Shown piece after piece: positions 58,373 through 64,000 of a stretch of 64,000 bases of DNA (position 1 is its first letter; each line of letters opens with the position of its first letter). The position numbers and the translations under genes are program-made. The notes beneath the pieces were generated by a model. It was not told where the DNA came from, did not search any database, and worked only from the letters and a program-made list of their open reading frames with translations. The stretch is from Bacteroidales bacterium (GTDB taxonomy: Bacteria; Bacteroidota; Bacteroidia; Bacteroidales; UBA1715). The DNA lies in assembly GCA_031286165.1 (NCBI GenBank), contig JAITUU010000015.1, positions 1,558-65,557 on the forward strand, in the 5' to 3' direction.

Positions 58373-59638
58373 ATGATTGCATTTTTCAGTTTTCTTGTAT
58401 GGAAAGTACCGTTTTTTCGTAATAGTGCTTTGCGCACATGGCATATTTTGAGCGCGTTTTACCTCAAATTATGCCTTGCCGTTGCGTTTTTTCTTATATA
58501 CACGCACTATGCTGCCTATCGTCAGCAGAGCGATTCGCAGGCATTTTACCATTCGGCAGCGCAGTTTGCAGGCATTGCATACGCCGATTTCGGCGATTTT
58601 GTGCGTGCAAGTGTGGGAATTTCTCCAAAAAATGCTGAAATTGCAGAACAAATACAGCACATTCCATTGTGGAATCGCCCGTATGATATGGCTGTGCCCA
58701 ACGATACGCGCTTCACACTCATTCTGTATTCGTGGCTCTATCTCATTAGTTTTGGTTTTTTACCTCTTATGCTCATTTTCTCGAATATCATAGCATTTTT
58801 GGGTTTGTTTGCCTTGTTTCGGGCGTTTTTGCTTGCAGGTAGTAAAAAACTTCCTGCTGCCATTGCCTGTTTTGCCATTCCGAGCACTCTATTTTGGTCT
58901 TCGGGCTTGCTCAAAGAAGTGTGGTTACTGCTCTTTTTAGGCTTCATACTCTATTCGGCACTGCAATTTTTCGCTACGCGCAACATCCGTTTTGCTCTAT
59001 TTGCCCTTCTGTGGGCAATCGCCCTCATACACATAAAAATCTACATTGCCGCTATTGCGCTGCCGCTTATTGGTATTTTTGCCCTTCGGCGCACATTTCC
59101 ACGCACCAAAGCGATGGTGTTTTACCTCTGCGCCTTTGGCGGATTTGCGTTTGCGGCAATTCTTTTGTGTTTGATTTTCAATTACAATAGCGTAGAAATT
59201 ATTGTCAATCAGCGCAATACCTTTGTGCGTATGCTCGAATTTCAAAATCATTCCACCATACTTCTCACTACGTTCAGCGGTTCGTATTTCATGGCGGCAC
59301 TACACATGCTTGCCGGATTTTTTCAATCACTTCTGCGTCCTTCGCTCTTCGATGTGCACAATATATGGCTCTTTTTTGCAGGAATTGAGAATACGCTGAT
59401 AGTAGTATTGATACTTTGTGCACTTTTCTATTGTGTAAAAAATAATTGTAAGCCGAGTGATTACGCAATTCTTGCAATCGTTTTTGTGATTGCCGTGTTT
59501 GTACTCATAGGATTTACCACACCGAATTTGGGTGCTTTGCAACGCTACAAAAGTCCCCTCCTGCCTTTTGTGGTGGTACTATGCGGCAATGCAGTATGCA
59601 CTTATCGCAATTTTCCTTTCAAAAACTGCGCGGTGTAG
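58373..59638 (+). CDS. Polytopic membrane protein (possible GT-C/polysaccharide-related)
   Basis: About 10 TM segments; PSTLFWSSGLLKE and NLGALQRYK motifs. Confidence 0.65.
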   Translation: MIAFFSFLVWKVPFFRNSALRTWHILSAFYLKLCLAVAFFLIYTHYAAYRQQSDSQAFYHSAAQFAGIAYADFGDFVRASVGISPKNAEIAEQIQHIPLWNRPYDMAVPNDTRFTLILYSWLYLISFGFLPLMLIFSNIIAFLGLFALFRAFLLAGSKKLPAAIACFAIPSTLFWSSGLLKEVWLLLFLGFILYSALQFFATRNIRFALFALLWAIALIHIKIYIAAIALPLIGIFALRRTFPRTKAMVFYLCAFGGFAFAAILLCLIFNYNSVEIIVNQRNTFVRMLEFQNHSTILLTTFSGSYFMAALHMLAGFFQSLLRPSLFDVHNIWLFFAGIENTLIVVLILCALFYCVKNNCKPSDYAILAIVFVIAVFVLIGFTTPNLGALQRYKSPLLPFVVVLCGNAVCTYRNFPFKNCAV

Positions 59639-62385
59639 GAATCGCTACATTCGCACACTTGCTCCGGCGTGCCGGCACACACTATGTGTCCGCCTTTATC
59701 GCCCCCTTCGGGACCAATGTCGATAATCCAATCGGCACATTTTATTACATCTATATTGTGTTCTATTACTACTATGCTGTGTCCTTTTGCTATCAAGCGT
59801 TTGAATGATTCCAGCAGTTTGTGAATATCGTGAAAATGCAGTCCGGTAGTAGGTTCATCGAAAATAAAAAGGCAGGCTTGGTCTTTGCCTTCTTTGCTCA
59901 AAAACGATGCGAGTTTCACCCGCTGACTTTCGCCACCCGAAAGTGTGCTCGAAGATTGTCCTAATTTCATGTAACCCAAACCAACGTCTTGCAGCGGTTT
60001 GATTTTTTCCACAATTTTTTGTGTGAGCGAACTTTTATCGCCGGCAAAAAATGCAATGGCATCGTCTATGGTGAGTTCCAAAATATCGAAAATAGATTTT
60101 CCGCGACACAGCACTTCCAACACCTCGTCTTTGAAGCGTTTGCCACCGCAGGCTTCGCACACAAGTTCTACATCTGCCATAAATTGCATGGCTACGTGTA
60201 TAGTGCCCTCTCCCTGACATTCTTCGCAACGTCCGCCATCGGTATTGAAGGAAAAATGCGCCGGTTTGAAACCCATTTGCTTCGATAAGGGTTGTTCGGC
60301 ATAGAGTTTGCGAATTTCATCGTAGGCTTTCAAGTACGTTACAGGATTGGAACGCGAAGAACGCCCAATAGGATTTTGGTCCACAAATTCCACCGAAAAA
60401 ATACTTTGGTCTATGCCGCCAATACTATCGAAACGCCCAATTTCCGCACCACTTGCAGCACCCAATTCGCGGGCTACGGCAGGATACAAAATTTTGTGAA
60501 TGAGCGAAGATTTTCCCGAACCGCTCACGCCGGTAATTACCGTAAACACGCCCAGAGGAATTTCTACATCTACATTTTTTAAATTATTTTCGCGTGCGCC
60601 GCGTATAGAAATTGCCTTCGACCACGCTTTGCGTTTTGCCGGAAGTTCTATGCGCTCTCTGCCGCACAAATAATCGGCTGTGAGCGAATGTGTTGCCTGC
60701 GCCAAATCTGCCACCGTACCTTGAAATACCAATTCACCGCCAAGCGAACCGGCACCCGGACCAATGTCGATAATTTGGTCGGCGGCACGCATAATTTCTT
60801 CGTCATGCTCTACCACAATCACGGTGTTGCCCAACAGCTGCAAACTGCGCAATACGCCTATGAGCAAATGAGTGTCGCGTGGGTGCAAGCCAATGCTCGG
60901 TTCGTCTAAAATATAAAGCGAACCTACCAAACTGCTGCCCAGCGAAGTTGCCAAATTAATTCGCTGACTTTCGCCGCCCGAAAGCGAATTGGAAAGGCGG
61001 TTGAGGGTTAAGTAGCCCAAGCCAACATTTTGTAAAAATCCCAATCGCGATTTGATTTCGAGTACAATTCGGTGTGCAATTTTTTCTTCGTGCGCCGTTA
61101 ATTGCATAGTTTCAAAAAATGGAACAAGGTCATTGATAGGCATTTGCACAATTTTGTCGATAGAAGTTCCTGCCACCTGCACGTACAATGCTTGCGGTTT
61201 GAGCCGCGAACCGTGGCACACGGGGCAGGTAGTTTTTCCTTTGTAGCGTGAAAGCATTACGCGGTACTGAATTTTGTAGGTATTTTCTTCCACCATGTTG
61301 AAAAATTGGTCAATGCCGGCAAAATGTGCGCAGCCGTGCCACAGCATATCTTTATGTTCCTGCGAAAGTTCGTGGTAGGGTTTGTGAATGGGGAATTTTG
61401 CCCGCTCGGCACCGCGCACCACATCCATTTTCCACTCACTCATTTTTTCGCCGCGCCAGCACATCACCGCATCGTCCCACACCGAAAGCGATTCGTTGGG
61501 AATTACCAATTTGGGGTCAATTCCCATAATTTTTCCGAAGCCTTCGCACTCCGGGCAGGCTCCCAGCGGACTATTGAAACTGAACGTGTGCACCGTAGCT
61601 TCTTCAAACTGCATACCATCGGCTTCAAAATCGTTGGAAAAATCGTAGCGTTTGTAATTGCCGTTTTTTTGTTCTATAAATACCACGCAGGCATTATTGC
61701 CTTCGTAAAATGCCGTTTGCACCGAATCGGCTATGCGAGCCTGTTCTTCGGTGGAACTCACTACGCGGTCTATGAGTAAATAACTGTCATTGAGTGGAAT
61801 AGCGATTTTTTGTGCCAAAATATCGTCTATACGCAGCATTTCGTTATTCACAAAAAGTCGCGAAAATCCTTGCTGTTGCAAATTTTCGAGCGTGCGCGTA
61901 AGTGTAGCAATTTCGGCTCGCAATGCCGAAGTTATGAATATTTTTTTACCCTCGTTTTTCAGAATTGTTTGTACCACATCGTTCACCGAATGGCGTTTTA
62001 CTTCTTTACCGGAAATAGGCGAAATCACACGCCCGATGCGAGCATACAATAATTTCAAGTAATCGTAAATTTCGGTAGAAGTGCCCACCGTAGAGCGTGG
62101 ATTGGTAGTATTCACTTTTTGCTCAATAGCAATAGCAGGTGGAATGCCGCCAATATAATCCACTTCGGGTTTGTGAATTTTACCCAAAAATTGCCGCGCG
62201 TATGCAGAAAGACTTTCCACATAGCGGCGTTGCCCTTCGGCATAGAGTGTGTCGAACGCCAGCGAAGATTTTCCGCTACCCGAAAGTCCGGTAATTACTA
62301 TCAGTTTATTACGCTCAATAGAGAGCGACACATTTTTGAGATTGTGAACGCGGCTGCCTTTTATGTCTATATGTTGTGTGTTCAT
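59602..62385 (-). CDS. uvrA: Excinuclease ABC subunit A
   Basis: [28 protein letters not shown], zinc fingers, two LSGGE and DEP motifs. Confidence 0.97.
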   Translation of the reverse strand: MNTQHIDIKGSRVHNLKNVSLSIERNKLIVITGLSGSGKSSLAFDTLYAEGQRRYVESLSAYARQFLGKIHKPEVDYIGGIPPAIAIEQKVNTTNPRSTVGTSTEIYDYLKLLYARIGRVISPISGKEVKRHSVNDVVQTILKNEGKKIFITSALRAEIATLTRTLENLQQQGFSRLFVNNEMLRIDDILAQKIAIPLNDSYLLIDRVVSSTEEQARIADSVQTAFYEGNNACVVFIEQKNGNYKRYDFSNDFEADGMQFEEATVHTFSFNSPLGACPECEGFGKIMGIDPKLVIPNESLSVWDDAVMCWRGEKMSEWKMDVVRGAERAKFPIHKPYHELSQEHKDMLWHGCAHFAGIDQFFNMVEENTYKIQYRVMLSRYKGKTTCPVCHGSRLKPQALYVQVAGTSIDKIVQMPINDLVPFFETMQLTAHEEKIAHRIVLEIKSRLGFLQNVGLGYLTLNRLSNSLSGGESQRINLATSLGSSLVGSLYILDEPSIGLHPRDTHLLIGVLRSLQLLGNTVIVVEHDEEIMRAADQIIDIGPGAGSLGGELVFQGTVADLAQATHSLTADYLCGRERIELPAKRKAWSKAISIRGARENNLKNVDVEIPLGVFTVITGVSGSGKSSLIHKILYPAVARELGAASGAEIGRFDSIGGIDQSIFSVEFVDQNPIGRSSRSNPVTYLKAYDEIRKLYAEQPLSKQMGFKPAHFSFNTDGGRCEECQGEGTIHVAMQFMADVELVCEACGGKRFKDEVLEVLCRGKSIFDILELTIDDAIAFFAGDKSSLTQKIVEKIKPLQDVGLGYMKLGQSSSTLSGGESQRVKLASFLSKEGKDQACLFIFDEPTTGLHFHDIHKLLESFKRLIAKGHSIVVIEHNIDVIKCADWIIDIGPEGGDKGGHIVCAGTPEQVCECSDSYTAQFLKGKLR

Positions 62386-62395
62386 GTGTGGTGGT

Positions 62396-64000
62396 TTACA
62401 TTCTCTCCGGCACGCGAATACCAAGCAAATTCATAGCCGATTCTATTACGGTGGCGGTTTGGCGAGCGAGTGCCACGCGGAACAATTTTTGGTTTTCGTT
62501 TGCTTCGTTCAGAATGGAATGTTCGTGATAGAATTGATTGAAGAGTTTCACCAAATCATACACATAGTTGGCTATGTGCGAAGGAGCGTGTTCCGCGCCG
62601 GCAAGGCTTATGCTTTCGCCGTAGCGGTTTATGGCTTTTATGACTTCTATTTCGAGCGGTGCGCACTCCACCTGCGGCAATTGTGCCGGAGGATACAATC
62701 CTTGTTCGGCGGCTTTGCGCAATACCGAACAAATTCGCGCATGGGTATATTGAATAAAAGGACCGGTATTTCCGTTGAAATCTATGGATTCCTGCGGATT
62801 GAAGAGCATGGTTTTTCGCGGTTCTACTTTCAGTATAAAATATTTCAACGCCGCTTGGGCTATCATTTCGTGAATTTCGGCGGCTTGGGCAGGTGAAAGT
62901 CCGCTCAATTTTCCCAATTCTTGCGAAATTGCAATAGAATCCTGCAACATATCTTCCATCAAATCATCGGCATCTACCACCGTACCTTCGCGGCTTTTCA
63001 TTTTGCCGGCAGGCAGTTCCACCATACCGTAGGACATGTGGTAAATTTTATGTGCCCACGCATAGCCAAGTTTTTTGAGAATAAGTGCAAGTACTTGAAA
63101 ATGATAATTTTGCTCATTCCCCACCACATAAATGAGTTCCTGCATATCGCCAAATTCCTTAAAACGCTCTATTGCCGTGCCTATATCTTGGGTCATATAC
63201 ACCGAAGTTCCATCGGGGCGGAGCAGGAGTTTGTGGTCTAAACCTTCGGGAGTGAGGTCTGCCCACACCGAACCGTCTTCTTTTCTGTATAAAATTCCTC
63301 GCGCCAAACCGTCCATAACAACCTGTTTACCAAGTAAATATGTTTTCGATTCGTAGTACATTGTATCGAAGGACACGCCCATGCGCGAGTAGGTTTTTGC
63401 AAAACCGTCATACACCCAATTATTCATGCGAGTCCATAGTGCAATGGTTTCGGTGTCGCCATGTTCCCATTTCACAAGCATTTCGCGGGCTTGTTGCATG
63501 ATAGGCGCGGCATTTTTCGCCTCATCTTCGCTCATGCCTTGCTGCGTGAGTTCTTCAATTTCTTTTTTATACTGTTTGTCGAAGGCTACATAATAGTTTC
63601 CCACCAAGTGGTCGCCTTTGCTGCCGCTCGATTGCGGTGTTTCGCCATTGCCGTATAACTGCCACGCTACCATAGATTTACAAATATGAATACCTCTATC
63701 GTTTATCAAATTTGCTTTGATAACGCGCTTGCCGTTTGCCTCCAAAATTTGCGCAATGGAAAATCCCAATAAATTGTTGCGAATATGCCCCAAGTGCAAG
63801 GGTTTGTTGGTGTTTGGCGAAGAATATTCTACCATTACCGTAGGCGACTGCGGCGTTACCGGTTTTTTGCCGAATTGCGCACCTTGCGCGGCGGCGTTTT
63901 CGAGCACGGAAATCCAATACGAGGTGGCAATAGAAATGTTTAAAAAACCTTTTATAACATTGTACGAAGCAATTTCATTCACATTTTTTTGTAAATACTC
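62396..64000 (-). CDS. argS: Arginyl-tRNA synthetase (start lies beyond the right edge)
   Basis: VEYSSPNTNKPLHLGH, GKMKSREG, GPFIQYTHAR, PERM; frame stays open to 64000. Confidence 0.96.
   Translation of the reverse strand, partial: EYLQKNVNEIASYNVIKGFLNISIATSYWISVLENAAAQGAQFGKKPVTPQSPTVMVEYSSPNTNKPLHLGHIRNNLLGFSIAQILEANGKRVIKANLINDRGIHICKSMVAWQLYGNGETPQSSGSKGDHLVGNYYVAFDKQYKKEIEELTQQGMSEDEAKNAAPIMQQAREMLVKWEHGDTETIALWTRMNNWVYDGFAKTYSRMGVSFDTMYYESKTYLLGKQVVMDGLARGILYRKEDGSVWADLTPEGLDHKLLLRPDGTSVYMTQDIGTAIERFKEFGDMQELIYVVGNEQNYHFQVLALILKKLGYAWAHKIYHMSYGMVELPAGKMKSREGTVVDADDLMEDMLQDSIAISQELGKLSGLSPAQAAEIHEMIAQAALKYFILKVEPRKTMLFNPQESIDFNGNTGPFIQYTHARICSVLRKAAEQGLYPPAQLPQVECAPLEIEVIKAINRYGESISLAGAEHAPSHIANYVYDLVKLFNQFYHEHSILNEANENQKLFRVALARQTATVIESAMNLLGIRVPERM

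Overview
A 64-kb chromosomal segment from a Bacteroidota (Bacteroidales-like) bacterium. The assignment rests on TAnnTTTG/TTTG sigma-A promoters, a murF-alr fusion, type IX secretion (T9SS)-type cargo proteins and an exbB-exbD-exbD-tonB cluster. Most of it is housekeeping: slyD, mlaEF, argE, argH, alr, bioA, bioB, mltG, pheS, murF, clpX, uvrA, argS and tRNA-Ile2(CAT). It also holds two giant secreted proteins. One is a >2760-aa RCC1-propeller plus Cys-rich Ig-repeat adhesin at <1..8285 that the ORF track misses because it runs off the window. Five toxin-antitoxin (TA) pairs are scattered through the window. Four things stand out. (1) A stand-alone C-terminal half of leucyl-tRNA synthetase has its own consensus promoter, suggesting a split LeuRS with an unusual break point. 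(2) A ~57-bp heptamer-built promoter repeat brackets tandem TA cassettes. (3) A four-helix-bundle (IVS/Avd-like) gene is enclosed in a perfect 19-bp inverted repeat made of the same heptamers that fill almost every intergenic region. (4) Both non-PIN toxin genes carry single-base frameshifts, while the conserved genes appear intact. No transposase, integrase, reverse transcriptase or CRISPR was seen. All protein calls come from motif recognition by eye, not database searches.
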